A stretch of DNA of 64,000 nt. Origin: Phoronis australis. Its lineage: Eukaryota > Animalia > Phoronida. Positions 39,701-52,639 of this stretch are shown in pieces. The position numbers and the translations under genes were made by a program. The stretch lies in NCBI GenBank assembly GCA_002633005.1, contig NMRA01000519.1:150646-214645 (forward strand), in the 5' to 3' direction. Each line of letters starts with the position of its first letter. Position 1 is the stretch's first letter. Below the pieces are notes generated by a model. The model was not told the DNA's origin, searched no databases, and saw only the letters and a program-made list of their open reading frames with translations.

Positions 39701-42700
39701 GTATGGCGGTCAATTTGAGTATGATTTACGAGTGGCGGGGACAAAAAGGAGCGTGGCGGGTCGCCCAGAAGTTTACATGCAGGGGAAACCCTGCTTACCT
39801 GCATCACCTGAGAGAGTGAGACTTTTTAATTTTGGTGAAATTGTAGATAAAGTTCATTCCAGTGTTCTCCACGGCCTGTTTTAACTCGACGCTGTAACGA
39901 GTTTGGATTTTGCCGCGTCGAGTTTGGAAAATGCGCGTCGAGTTTAGAAAGTGCTGCGTCAGGTTTGAACTTTTGTCCTGGCTTGGTATTTCAGCCCTCA
40001 ACACTAAAGCAGTGCCAGATTAACCAAACTCAAGCCCATTGCAGAACTTTAGAGGCAGTCAACACTATATGTATAACTTCGTAAGACACTACAAGAGTTT
40101 AAATTTTAATTAACAAAATCTGCAAAAATCTTTAAATAAGTCACCTAGCTTGCTTAATTAACTGACTAATCTACTTTGTCATTCTAACTTTAAAATTTTG
40201 CAAGTCAATCTGTAAAAAAGCAATTTAATTTGCTTAATAAAGACAATTTTGATTTTGACTGACATCTAGTGGCAAGTTAGAACTTTATGAGCTTATTAAA
40301 CTTGACAACAGGTGTCACTAAAAACTAGGTCACATCAGAACTCATGTTAGTAGTACTTAATATGTCTAATTGATATTAAAATTGGCATTGGTATTATTAA
40401 AGGAACTTTTGATCTTTTGTTTGCTGCTCTGGTCTGTCAAATGCTTTGAAGGAATTATGAGATGCATTGGTAGGAAAGCTAAACTTTGAAGTGTCTAAAA
40501 AGTAGGTCACACCAGTGCAGTGTACAGTTTTAAATCATATATAAATACCTCCAGCATAATCATGCTTACGGTTAGACTCGAGACAATGTCAGTAACTGAC
40601 ATTCAACATTTGCGTCGAGTTTGGAATTTATAATGTGGAGAACACTGCATTCTGTTCTCTACATTTTGGTGTGTCACACTTTGAAATTCAATGGTAAAAT
40701 CTGCCAAGCCGTTCGCAAGCTCCATGGTAGCCGTGTGTGACGTTTGCGGTTTCAGGGGAGTACTCCGAGACTTGGGACAGCGGGTGACATCAGTGAGTAA
40801 AGTTCAAAATATATGTCTCAGGCTGAGAAATTGCAGCCAAAATCACGTGATCTCATTGAAATCAAGCGGTAATATCTCGTGCAATCTCGCAGAGTCTTGT
40901 TTAGCTAGCATGGTCCTTACGTTAGTGAATTCTGTCCTGGCTTCCGTTACCGATTGACATGCGCATTCTACATAATTAGAAATGTAATCTGCCGTGCGAA
41001 AGCGAAGCACCGCTAAACCTAAGGATTATTTTAAAATCCGAGAGATGTTTCAGATACTGACGTTGACTCAGATGCAGATATGACAGATAATCCAGGGCCA
41101 GATGGTGGTGATATTGCCGGGTTCGGTCAACGAATCGCAAATATTCGTGTCAGGAACGGTGAATTGAATTTTTGCCGACAACGTCAAATATCGGCAATAC
41201 AAATGAATACAATTCGCTCTAAATTGAGAATAGATGGTTTTCATCTGGAAAAATGAGTTTGTGACAATCCTGAAAATTATGTGAATTCCATAGTTGCAAG
41301 CGTTTGATAATTCAGTTGATATCTTTTTAGAAATATTGGTCGTCATCAACAGGCCTAACACTCACGTCCAAGTAAATGGAAAACGTACGTGAATTGTTTT
41401 GTTTACCCTACCTAATTTGCATTCATAAGGGAGGACTCGCATATTGTGCAGTTTTTACAAGAGTTCTGGGCCCGGTCTCCAATCTCCGTACTCAGACTCA
41501 TACTCATGATTTCATACTCAAAATCATGCTTACTGGAGTCGTACTCAAAAAAGCGTATCTAATGTCGCATTTCTGTCCGACACTCATACTCAAGTTGCTA
41601 TGGAACTCTTTATGATGTGAAATGCAAAATCACACAAAGCCGCGCTGATTCATCGCTCCCTATTGGAATAGACCACCCCAAGAACTAAGCCTTCATTATC
41701 GTCTGCTGTCGCTACAACTAGAAGAGTATGTCTATAACATGGAATTCTGAGTGTTCTGTAACTGTTATTCAATTTTTTAGTTTCAATAAATATTCTTATG
41801 CCATTTCTTTGATACATTTGGCAATTATTAAGCTTTACTTCTTGAGTTCCTCACCCAGTCCCGGAAATGTCTTAAGAAATATGTAACAGCTTATCACATC
41901 ACATCTCTGTTGCTAATTTAGTCTTGACATAAACCCATGGATGTGTAGGCCTACGCTGATGTCAAACTTTGATACTGTATCTTTGTATTTTACTGGGATG
42001 TATCAAGTGAGTTGACATTTGGCACGTGAGTTAAAAAACAATACTTGTGAAGGCATTCAGAGTTCACCAGTGGCAGTGAACGGGATGAGACGTCTACTTA
42101 GAAATCGGCAAACAAAATCTGGAATTCCATATGGGGATTGAGGAATGACTAAGTTATGATGAGAAATGTACCTGACAGGGAAGCGAACTGTTTTTAACTT
42201 CCCTCCCCTCCTCGTCTTTTGGAAACCCTACAAACCGTAGGCACACATACCGAAATAAGGGCAGCACAAACTTCTCACACGACTTTTCCCACAACTGCTT
42301 TCGACACTTGTTATGACTCGCCGACAAGGGATTACAATGCGCCTGTTGCCAGGAATTGCAGAAGTAGAATGGCGGCCATAACATACAGTGATATGGCGGG
42401 TTAATAAGGTGAACAATAAGATTTAAGATGAAAACTATTATCTCTGAACTGAAATTGAAGTGCTGAGATACGGTAAGAGGACTTATTGTTTTTAGACTTG
42501 CTGTGTTTCTTGGTTCCCTTTCGATAGTTTGTTCTTTGGCTCATGTATTTATTTTCGAGTACGATTTCAAGCACACTGCCATAACAAACTTGAAATTTGA
42601 GCATAGACTCCGAATTTTTATTCAAAATCGTACTCGAAATATAAATGAGATACACTTCAGTTCGAGTACACTCGAAAACTGAGTACGTGCTCGAAATTTC

Positions 42701-43791
42701 GAGTACAGATTTTTCGAGTATGACATTGAATACACCAAAGCTGAGTCTGTACTCGAGTTGAGTATGATGTGTGAGTTTGAGCATGATTCGAGTCTGAGTA
42801 CTGAGATTGGAGACCGGGCCCTGGTAGTGCAGAAGTTCAGTATGTTGTACCAGCTCCAGAACATCCAATTCAGACTATAAGAATGCTGTGCAAGACATTA
42901 CACTTACAGACCGAGGGAAAACGTAGACTCTGCTATCAAGACATAAAAATGTAACTGACTTTGCAAAGACACTTCACTTGGACTGTTTACTTTATGGGAA
43001 ACGTTTACTTCTGTGTTAAGACTTTTTGTACTCAATTGACATTGACATCACAATTATTGAGTAGCCTAAAACCTCCATACTGTATCAAACACGTCTGTAG
43101 ACGTCCATTTCAAAGTCATTGACTAAGCAACTGGGTTATGACATATGTGATATGTTTGTAAACCAGGCTATCTTTTACAAATAAAAATTTGAATAAACGC
43201 AGTTATTTGTTTGCACTACTGTGTATTACTTTTAAAATGCGTGGGTAAAAATAAGGTGCACACTAGCTTATGGAGAACGTTGACCGTGGCGCGGTTCCGG
43301 CACGTTGCCGTTTTTACGCGTGCGACCTGTTTAGATTTTCCGATGTGGAGCACACTGCCATATATAGTTAGACCCCCTTATATGGGTGCCAGACGTTGCT
43401 AGTCGTTTTTACGACCTCAAAGCAGAGAAAACGAGTTGCACATGTGCTGTCACTTGTATTTTGAGCAGGAATTTTTGCCAGCGTCGGGGACTAGAGGGGG
43501 ATAATTTTCGGCTCCCAACAATGATTAATCAAGCCTGTTTGGGTGTCATATGACTAGAACTGGGCAATTTTAAACTGACACAAGTTTACAAGACAAGGTT
43601 GGTAGTGAACAACATTGGCCAATAGGTGGTGTACCTGGCACTTCCACCCACCAGGTGAGCAGACAGCTACACTGTAAACACAACATATGACAACTTCATA
43701 CCTTGTTGAAGGTGGCGCTGGCTCCAAGTCGATTCTTTGACAAGAATGAGGAGTTGTTCCTGACAATTAACCACTGCAGATCAGCCGACAT
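27794..43791 (-). CDS. RPL28: 60S ribosomal protein L28 (eL28), 4 coding exons, 135 aa
   Basis: Exons: 43702-43791 ([30 protein letters not shown]), 37237-37360 ([41 protein letters not shown]), 30421-30539 (GWRKPAKS...YRKDLKM), 27794-27868 ([24 protein letters not shown]). GT-AG, phases 0/1/0. An acceptor 8 nt upstream of the ATG implies a non-coding first exon further upstream. Confidence 0.96.
27907..28995. repeat. Direct duplication of ~540 bp (27907-28445 / 28447-28995) joined by a single N
   Basis: Near-identical copies with small indels that abut at n28446. Confidence 0.9.
29305..29795. repeat. 35-bp minisatellite, ~14 copies
   Basis: Unit gacatttgacaacagtctctgtacattactgactg. Confidence 0.95.
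30594..30750. repeat. 55-bp tandem repeat, ~3 copies
   Basis: Unit atgcagNtcatRtYtcctgactatgaacaSatttgatcaagctaacagtcccact. Confidence 0.9.
31323..33656 (+). mobile_element. Helentron-associated (HINE/DINE-1/pearl-like) element with an internal array of diverged gccactagg-containing units, copy 1 (interrupted by a hAT-like insertion)
   Basis: Starts aaacaagagcaacgc...gcaccgcaaatgg, has recurring ttgccactagg/gaagatacagagg units, and ends in a short hairpin plus tataaaaa. Homologous start and end at 54843-56793. Confidence 0.55.
31671..32475. mobile_element. ~805-bp non-autonomous hAT-like element, copy A
   Basis: Perfect 13-bp TIR cagtgttctccac / gtggagaacactg with a gtttag direct repeat on both flanks. 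Inverted homolog at 39860-40647. Confidence 0.85.
35414..36553 (+). mobile_element. piggyBac-like internally deleted element
   Basis: TTAA|cccttatcctg ... caggataaggg|TTAA. The internal ORF 35578-36129 has an acidic [23 protein letters not shown] segment like piggyBac transposase N-termini. Confidence 0.8.
37768..38520 (+). mobile_element. Truncated piggyBac-like element (left end plus degraded transposase N-terminus)
   Basis: TTAA|ccctttcaacacc start. Frameshifted peptides EFHGFEPE and [17 protein letters not shown]...[12 protein letters not shown] resemble the beginning of DDE_Tnp_1_7. No right TIR was seen. Confidence 0.65.
38646..39793. mobile_element. hAT-like non-autonomous element containing a ~16-bp minisatellite (39520-39665)
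   Basis: TIR cagtgtttcccctg / caggggaaaccctg (1 mismatch), flanks cttccc/cttacc, internal tagcgatcattattac repeats. Confidence 0.6.
39860..40647. mobile_element. ~790-bp non-autonomous hAT-like element, copy B (inverted relative to copy A)
   Basis: Same 13-bp TIR, flanked by cattc on both sides. Reverse complement of 31671-32475. Confidence 0.85.
41469..42820. mobile_element. PIF/Harbinger-like non-autonomous element
   Basis: TIR ggcccggtctccaatctc.gtactcagactc / gagtctgagtactgagattggagaccgggcc with a 3-bp CTG TSD on both sides. Confidence 0.8.
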
Positions 43792-44649
43792 GATGGAAAC
43801 TGGAATTGGAGAAAAATCAAGCATTTACTCAAGAGTTTCAAAACTAACGTCATGAACTTCCAACTATTTACACACACGGTTACAATATCTGTCACAAATT
43901 TTTATAGCCTCGAATTCGCATCGTTTCTCAAGTAATTTCCTGGTTTTTACAAGTTCTCTCCACTGGTTTACTGTATCAGTAATGTTGACCTGCCATGCTG
44001 TGGTTACAACACATGACTGCAAGTTGGATAAACTTGACAAGTATCCGAAGACGCAGGCTGAATTCTGACATGACCCCGAGAATAGATTAGACATTTGCAA
44101 AAGGAGGTTAATGATGCAAGATGTTTTCCGACCTCCACGACAAAAGAGTTATATGCGGCCCACTGTATCCGACGTTTTAGCTAAAGGAAAAGTGCACGAA
44201 GAGCTACTAAAAATACATTTTTTGTGGTTTTTAATTCAGAAAATCAAAAGTAGCATTAAACAAAACATTTTAGAAACTCAAGGCATTATATCGCGAACTT
44301 GTTGCCGGATATCCTCGTTTTGCTATAAAACTTATCTCCTTTCTTCCTCTTAATTTATTCACTTGCTGTACTCAACACTAAGATAAAAGCCAAGTCACCT
44401 TACGCGACCTGACAAAAATGACAAGTTAAAATTGAAAGTCCTGGATAGCCAAATGAAATCTAAGGTTGCCGATCCAGTGTAAAACTTGTAGACTTTTACG
44501 ACTGTATTCTGCCCCATCCTCAGTACCTTGCATGTATCTCTGATTTCTCCATAACCCACAAAATGACAGATCTGCATCACAGTCGGCAAGCTTTCTACTT
44601 TCTGGCATCATATACTTTAAATAAGTTAATTTCTCAGGGCCTTCACTCA

Positions 44650-47600
44650 CCCGAGAAAGGTGTCTGCACCTTCTGAGGGAGGATTTTGGGCTGAGGCTAA
44701 ATTCTACCACAATAGCATAAAGTGCAACCCCCACCTAGTTGCAAGCCGTCGTAGTCTGTGCCCCAAGTACCAAAAACTAAAATTATGTGCTCCTTCGAAA
44801 TTGTCACCTGCGGGAGTTACGTGTGTTTCGAGAATCAAGTGGAATTTTCCTATCACTTGAGAGGAATTTTTGGGCCTCATGGGGGGGGGGAATCTTGCAC
44901 GATTTTTCAATATTTTTCAGAGAGCAAGGGGGCCGATATTCTGCCTCAAGATCAAGGGATTGGGCGACCTCTTACTGCAGTTTCGTTACATTTGACTATA
45001 AAAGTTTTGCATCACCTCAAAAGAATTCTCGACATACTTAAAGTGGAGTGCATGCACACATAACAGAAACGAAACACTTTTGACAGAAAGTAGAGTCAAC
45101 AGTGTGAAACGAAGCTTATGTCATTATTGCTCTCTGTCACCCACGCTGCATATTTTAAGACATCACCGGGTTTGTTTACAAGTGCACTGAACAAAAGGAA
45201 AACGAATAGCTTTTCCCCTTTATCTTCCCATAACAGTGCTCGATTTGTTAACATGTAGCTCACCAATGCGAGTTTAAATTGTGTTTAGCAACCTCGGAAA
45301 ATCCCAAATCTCCAAGTTTCCGCAGTGAGTATCAGACGATAATTCACCCAAAATTTGTAGAGACTTCCAAATGTTAAATGAACAACAGTTTTCACAGATG
45401 AAATACCTTTTGATTCACAATTGTTCCATTTATATCGTAACATCAGTGCATTTGACACACTCAGCAGTCAGCACACATCAAACATGAGATTAATTACGAT
45501 AGCAAGTAAACAGACGCGAGTCGGAATTGTTTAAAGTTGCACTCAGGAGATTGACGTCATATCTCCTGGCCACAAACTGTAAAAATGGCCAGTGGCCGAT
45601 TTGGGTATCTGAAGTAAGGATTTCTTCGAAAAAGTTTGACTATGGTAGCATTAGGCAACACCTGGCCCCTCGGTTGGACGATTATTGGCTACAATACTCC
45701 CCATCGCTTTCTGTATTACTTTCGTGCTCTGTATTTTTAACGGGCAGTAGGCGAAATCCGCTCACCAATTAAGAGTTTTCACCTCGTCAAAAATACACTA
45801 TACACTTAAAAAGTGCTAACTTTGTTATATGTTCCTTTCTACTTCGACAAATATCTTCGATTAAGCATAAGACAATTAAGGTGAGGATGGCAAAGAATTC
45901 CAAATACAATATTTGGTCATAGTAAACTTTTTCACCACGCACACTATAACCATAAAGTATTTTAATTGAGTCCCATGAGTTAGGCAAAGGCGAGCGCAAG
46001 ACTGAGCAAAGCGCGTGATGCTGATGCAACACTTGCAAAAGAGCATGGGAAGATATCAAGCGAAATTTGTGTCCTTTAGATATTTTACTCATCAACACGT
46101 GTGAATTCACGTAACTTCCTCGAAATGGCATCCGGTAAAAGAAACTCAAGTAAATCGCGACAGATTTTCTTGGATATCTTCCAGTTAAAGTGACTAAATT
46201 CATACGAGGTAATTATAACACCGTGAGCTATGTGCATATTTCACTCGATTTTATTTGCTGTATTTTGAAATGGGTAACTTTTTATGGGTATCTACTATTG
46301 CCCCTGTATGCCTGCGGCATTCAGGGCTATGTAAGCCTATGGTAGCATTTGCTCGAGTTACAAAGATATCAACAGCCTCCTAAGTTGCTCCTACCATAGA
46401 CTAGTACATGGACTGCCAACTCCGTATACTTTCAACGGACGAAATCTGTGATCTTACGCACAAGCCCTTACGTCATTATTCACTGGCGACACCTGGCTAA
46501 ATTTTCTGGAGCAATTTCCGGCAAGTACGTCGTCTGCTAATCACGGTCGGCTGATGTGTGGGCGGTTGTTCCACCACACGCGCGAAATGCAAAGGGATAA
46601 GCTTTCATAGCGTACGGAGACCCCAAAATCCAATGTGGNNNNNNNNNNNNNNNNNNNNNNNNNNNNNNNNNNNNNNNNNNNNNNNNNNNNNNNNNNNNNN
46701 NNNNNNNNNNNNNNNNNNNNNNNNNNNNNNNNNNNNNNNNNNNNNNNNNNNNNNNNNNNNNNNNNNNNNNNNNNNNNNNNNNNNNNNNNNNNNNNNNNNN
46801 NNNNCCCGAGAAAGGTGTCTGCGCCTTCTGAGGGAGGATTTTGGGTCGAGGCTAAATTCTACCACAATATCATAAAGTGCAACCCCCACCTAGTTGCAAG
46901 CCGTCGTAGTCTGTGCCCCAAGTACCAAAAACTAAAATTGTGTGCTCCTTCGAAATTGTCACCTGCGGGAGTTACGTGTGTTTCGAGAATCAAGTGGAAT
47001 TTTCCTATCACTTGAGAGGAATTTTTGGGCCTCATGGGGGGGGAATCTTGCACGATTTTTCAATATTTTTCAGAGGGCAAGGGGGCCGATATTCTGCCTC
47101 AAGATCAAGGGATTGGACGACCTCTTACTGCAGTTTCGCTACATTTGACTATCACCTCAAAAGAATTCTCGACATACTTAAAGTGGAGTGCATGCACACA
47201 TAACAGAAACGAAACACTTTTGACAGAAAGTAGAGTCAACAGTGTGAAACGAAGCTTACGTCACTATTGCTCTCTCTCTCATCCACGCTGCATATTTAAA
47301 GACATCACCGGGTTTGTTTACAAGTGCACTGAACAAAAGGAAAATGAATAGCTTTTCCCCTTTATCTTCCCATAACAGTGCTCGATTTGTTAACGTGTAG
47401 CTCACCAATGCGAGTTTAAATTGTGTTTAGCAACCTCGGAAAATCCCAAATCTCCAAGTTTCCGCAGTGAGTATCAGACGATAATTCACCCAAAATTTGT
47501 AGAGACTTCCAAATGTTAAATGAACAACAGTTTTCACAGATTCAATACCTTTTGATTCACAATTGTTCCATTTATATCGTAACATCAGTGCATTTGACAC

Positions 47601-48790
47601 ACTCAGCAGTCAGCACACATCAAACATGAGATTAATTACGATAGCAAGTAAACAGTCGGAATTGTTTAAAGTTGCACCAGGAGATTGACGTCATATCTCC
47701 TGGCACTAACAGTGTAAAAATGGCCAGAGGCCGATTTGGGTATCTGAAGTAAGGATTTATTCGAAAAAGTTTGACTATGGTAGCATTAGGCAACACCTGG
47801 CCCCTCGGTTGGACGATTATTGGCTACAATACTCCCCATCGCTTTCTGTATTACTTTTGTGCTCTGTATTTTTAACGGGCAGTAGGCGAAATCCGCTCAC
47901 CAATTAAGAGTTTTCACCTCGTCAAAAATACACTTTACACTTAAAACTATCACTTAAAAAGTGCTAACTTTGTTCAATGTTCCTTTCTACTTCTACATAT
48001 ATCTTCGATTAAGCATAAGTAAGACAATTAAGGTGAGGATGGCAAAGAATTCCAAATACAATATTTGGTCATAGTAAACTTTTTCACCACGCACACTATA
48101 ACCATAAAGTATTTTAATTGAGTCCCATGAGTTAGGCAAAGGCGAGCGCAAGACTGAGCAAAGCGCGTGATGCTGATGCAACACTTGCAAAAGAGCATGG
48201 GAAGATATCAAGCGAAATTTGCGTCCTTTAGATATTTTACTCATCAACACGTGTGAATTCACGTAACTTCCTCGAAATGGCATCCGGTAAAAGAAACTCA
48301 AGCAAATCGCGACAGATTTTCTTGGATATCTTCCAGTTAAAGTGACTAAATTCATACGAGGTAATTATAACACCGTGTGCTTTGTGCATATTTCACTCGA
48401 TTTTATTTGCTGTATTTTGAAATGGGTAACTTTTTATGGGTATCTACTATCGCCCCTGTATGCCTGCGGCATTCAGGGCTATGTAAGCCTATGGTAGCAT
48501 TTGCTCGAGTTACAAAGATATCAACAGCCTCCTAAGTTGCTCCTACCATAGACTAGTACATGGACTGCCAACTCCGTATACTTTCAACGGATGAAATCTG
48601 TGATCTTACGCACAAGCCCTTACGTCATTATTCACTGGCGACACCTGGCTAAATTTTCTGGAGCAATTTCCGGCAAGTACGTCGTCTGCTAATCACGGTC
48701 GGCTGATGTGTGGGCGGTTGTTCCACCACACGCGCGAAATGCAAAGGGATAAGCTTTCATAGCGTACGGAGACCCCAAAATCCAATGTGG
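44650..48790. repeat. Direct duplication of ~1.99 kb (44650-46638 / 46805-48790) centred on an N-gap
   Basis: Near-identical copies: copy 1 ends at the gap and copy 2 starts right after it. Confidence 0.95.
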
Positions 48791-51700
48791 GAGGAAAAGT
48801 TAACTTCTTGTGTGAACATGAATGGAAACTGTTACTCCAAAAAGAATTTGTACATTTGTTCACGTCACTGGTAGGCCTACTACTTAATCCTGTCTTCACA
48901 AATCCACTTTTCTTTTCTCCGTTTTAATGAAAACTATCTGGTAAACTTTTTGACGAAAATTATGCGCTAAATTTCTTCCAAAGGTAGTGACTCGTAAACT
49001 TCTGTCCTTACGAGGAAGTTCAGCTATAGCCTAGTGTGCGAATTAACCAAATTACTGTTTGCTGGCCCTGATCAGACGGTTGGTCTCAGCAGAATGCGCA
49101 CATTTGGCCAGGATTTGGATCAGCGATTTCAACACATTCACATTCGTGTACAAATAAATAGGACGCTAGTAAAACCTTTAACATAAATAAAGATTACATT
49201 AATACTTCAGAAATATCCACCTGGACCTGTCAAAATCTTGCAATTCAACAGCAGGTTACATACTCAATTATTAATGTCGACTGTATGCCGCACAAAACCT
49301 GAACCATCTTAGCCAGGTACGCTGCAGTCTATGAAAATACCGACAACTAACCCTAGTTTCAACTTCTTTGCAAACATGGAACAGGGATATCAAAGGGGTA
49401 TGAAGGTTGTTTTTATGCTTTAATGTTATATTTTTGTAAGCAGAGAAATGTTTTTCTTTTAATCTACCTTAATTCCTATTATTTCAAAAGTATTTCCAAT
49501 CTTACGTCCTTCAAACGAACATTGATGACGTGATAGTAGTACTTTCCTTCGCGGCATCCTTGCATGAAAGGAACTTACTATGTGGATTTTCCACTATATG
49601 ACATCATTTCTGCGTTTGTCATGTTTGTGTCATCCCTCCCACTATATTCCAAGCTACAGGAAAGAGACGTAAAATGCCACACCGTGATGAGACAGCAAGC
49701 GGAGCTTATCTCAAGCAATAACGAACTGTCAGTTGTGTCGAACCAATTTGACATTGATATTGCATTTGAAAAAGTAAGAGGTCTAAACAAGAGAAAAATA
49801 CTTATGTGACGGAAGGCGAATTTAGTCATGTAGCCAATTCAATTTTAGACAAACTCATTCGAGAAAAATACAAAAGCCACCACCTTCCATTTGAAAAATC
49901 GCCATTGTCAAACAACTGCACACACATATAAAATCGCTTCGTATGCTGTTTGGAACAGATGCCTTTAACACAATTCAAATTCAAATTATCTTTAAGCACA
50001 TCAATGTATTTACTTGATTTTTTGATGAAAACATGAATTCAAGATCCATGTTCCAGTTCGCCATCTCAGATTTTTCCTGGAAAATAAGTTGCTTGAAAAT
50101 TTCACTGTTCAAAAGCAACCGTAAAGTCATTATATTATTTCCCCATGAAATTTGCTAAACCTACATAACCTCATTCACTGTCCAGAATAACGGAAAACCT
50201 CGGAAGCGAAATGAACCCCGAGAGATAGCAAGCAAGATAAAGGGGGTGGTGGGGACGTGAAGCTGACGTGTGTATATTTTCAATTTCATACTTTTATGTG
50301 GCATTTTCACAATTTTGATGTGAGATGTCAACTCAGATCAAGCAGCTTGAAAGTCCAGATTTTTAATTTGTAATGAGCTTGAGCTGCACTGCACGTAACC
50401 TTTTATGAATATACGGTAGTTGGCTACAGACAGGCCCACCTTTACAAAAACTAGCGACGCAGACAAACGCATGTGCGCACCTGGGGGAAAAGCCCAAGAG
50501 AAAGAGACAAAAGTCCACCACACGGCAGTAACCAGTTTTTTTATTTTAGTTCTCACGCTTTTTTGTTAGGAAAAGGTCCACTTTGCCAGAGATTAGAGCC
50601 CCCGTATTAGAGGCTGGGTGCGCGCATGAAACGTCTACATAAATTGCACCCAATGCAGCTCCTGGTTTAAACGCGGGTTTCTTTTTTAAAGTTTGGTCAG
50701 GTATAAATAACGCCACAGAAAGGGATGGGAAGTACGGCTTGTAGCCCCTACCCGGCCAGCCGAGGGGCTACGTGTTGCCTAGCCCGCCATATGCCACGGC
50801 ACTGATTGTATATAGCGGTACCTGATTTTGAGAACCAGGCAAATTACTGAAGGGCCCGTTATTTAGTGGATGAAACAGGTTCTCTAAATCGGGGCCAAGT
50901 GGCAGTGTCTGTCGCCATCATATCGGCATGACCGAACGAACCGCGACGACGGTGTGTCACAAATAACCGCTTAATCCACTTCATCAGCAAAACATGAAAG
51001 GAATAGGTTACGACAAAAACCAAAACTGCACATTATGCGTCAAAAATGGCCATCTGCGACCAAATCCATCGAACAAGTTCGATGACTTAATCTTTTTTGA
51101 CCAACACGTGAAATCCACAGCTACCTTCGAATGTAGTACCGCACAAAAAGGAAGTTGACTGTGTTGCGTTCTGAAATATTCATACGCCAAAATATTTGGC
51201 AAGCTAGAAAACATGTTTCTATCTGGAATGTGTAAAAAATCCAATTCGTGTATTGTTTTTGTGAAACAGCGATTAAAACTGTCCCTATTTGGACAATTCC
51301 TCCAAGATTCTAAGTTGGACATTACAACAGTGCGTAACAGCATTAACTAGTGAACAGGAGAATACTGAGCGACATCTCTTGGTAAGACATNNNNNNNNNN
51401 NNNNNNNNNNNNNNNNNNNNNNNNNNNNNNNNNNNNNNNNNNNNNNNNNNNNNNNNNNNNNNNNNNNNNNNNNNNNNNNNNNNNNNNNNNNNNNNNNNNN
51501 NNNNNNNNNNNNNNNNNNNNNNNNNNNNNNNNNNNNNNNNNNNNNNNNNNNNNNNNNNNNNNNNNNNNNNNNNNNNNNNNNNNNNNNNNNNNNNNNNNNN
51601 NNNNNNNNNNNNNNNNNNNNNNNNNNNNNNNNNNNNNNNNNNNNNNNNNNNNNNNNNNNNNNNNNNNNNNNNNNNNNNNNNNNNNNNNNNNNNNNNNNNN

Positions 51701-52639
51701 NNNNNNNNNNNNNNNNNNNNNNNNNNNNNNNNNNNNNNNNNNNNNNNNNNNNNNNNCAAAGAGACAAGCTGCACCAGTTATGAGACACAATAGGAAACAA
51801 TGAATGGCAATCATAACGAATGGCAATATGGAAAACAGGAAATAGAACAAGACCTCATAATACTAGTCCTTCAATTAAAGAAACAGTTCTGAGAGAACAA
51901 AGGCTGATAAGCAGCAGCATTCTTGTGTTATTAAAAGAATATCAATATGCAATTTTCACACAAAGATTGCGTCAATACCAATGTCTAGTTATTAGAGTAA
52001 AACAATTAGGAGCTTCCATGACTGGGAAAAGGCGCTGATTAATGATTTGGCAATCAGCAGAAAGCTCAAGATTCCTCCATTAAAGCAGGGAAGAACGGAT
52101 ATTTTTGACCCCCTTTTGGATCGCCGCCAACACAACATGGCGCTAGGAGCTCTGCTCTATAAAGATCAGTCGCATGTTTATATCAGAACAAATACACTGC
52201 AACTAATGTAAACTAATATGGACCATTTAAGTGTGCACAAGTAAAAATGGAAAGTAACCTAAGGCAGACTCAGCAATGACTGGGCCTCCAAGTTTCGACA
52301 AAAGAGGTCCCTGAAGTTTCAATTACTACATGACCTCAACCACAACAACTTTAATAATGCTTCACAACACCTTCATACATCTAAACATAGATATTCATAG
52401 AACATAAATAACATAACATATTAAGCAGCAACTACATGCCATATTTCATATTCCACATGTAAATCGGAGAAAGTCATTTGTTAATGTTAAAATGTACCAG
52501 GCACACCTGTTAAACAGAACTTTAACTCATTTGATAAGTCCTTTAAGGGTCTTTCATCTTCATGCAGAAATATCTCAATACTATTACACAAAATATTGGA
52601 TGCATAATTTAATCAACGCTGACCACTGTCCTTCGGCTT

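Noticed and set aside
43950-44600. Intronic snoRNAs and the non-coding first exon of RPL28
   Set aside because: Only imperfect C/D or ACA boxes were seen. Candidate donors near 44400 and 49502 cannot be distinguished without transcripts.
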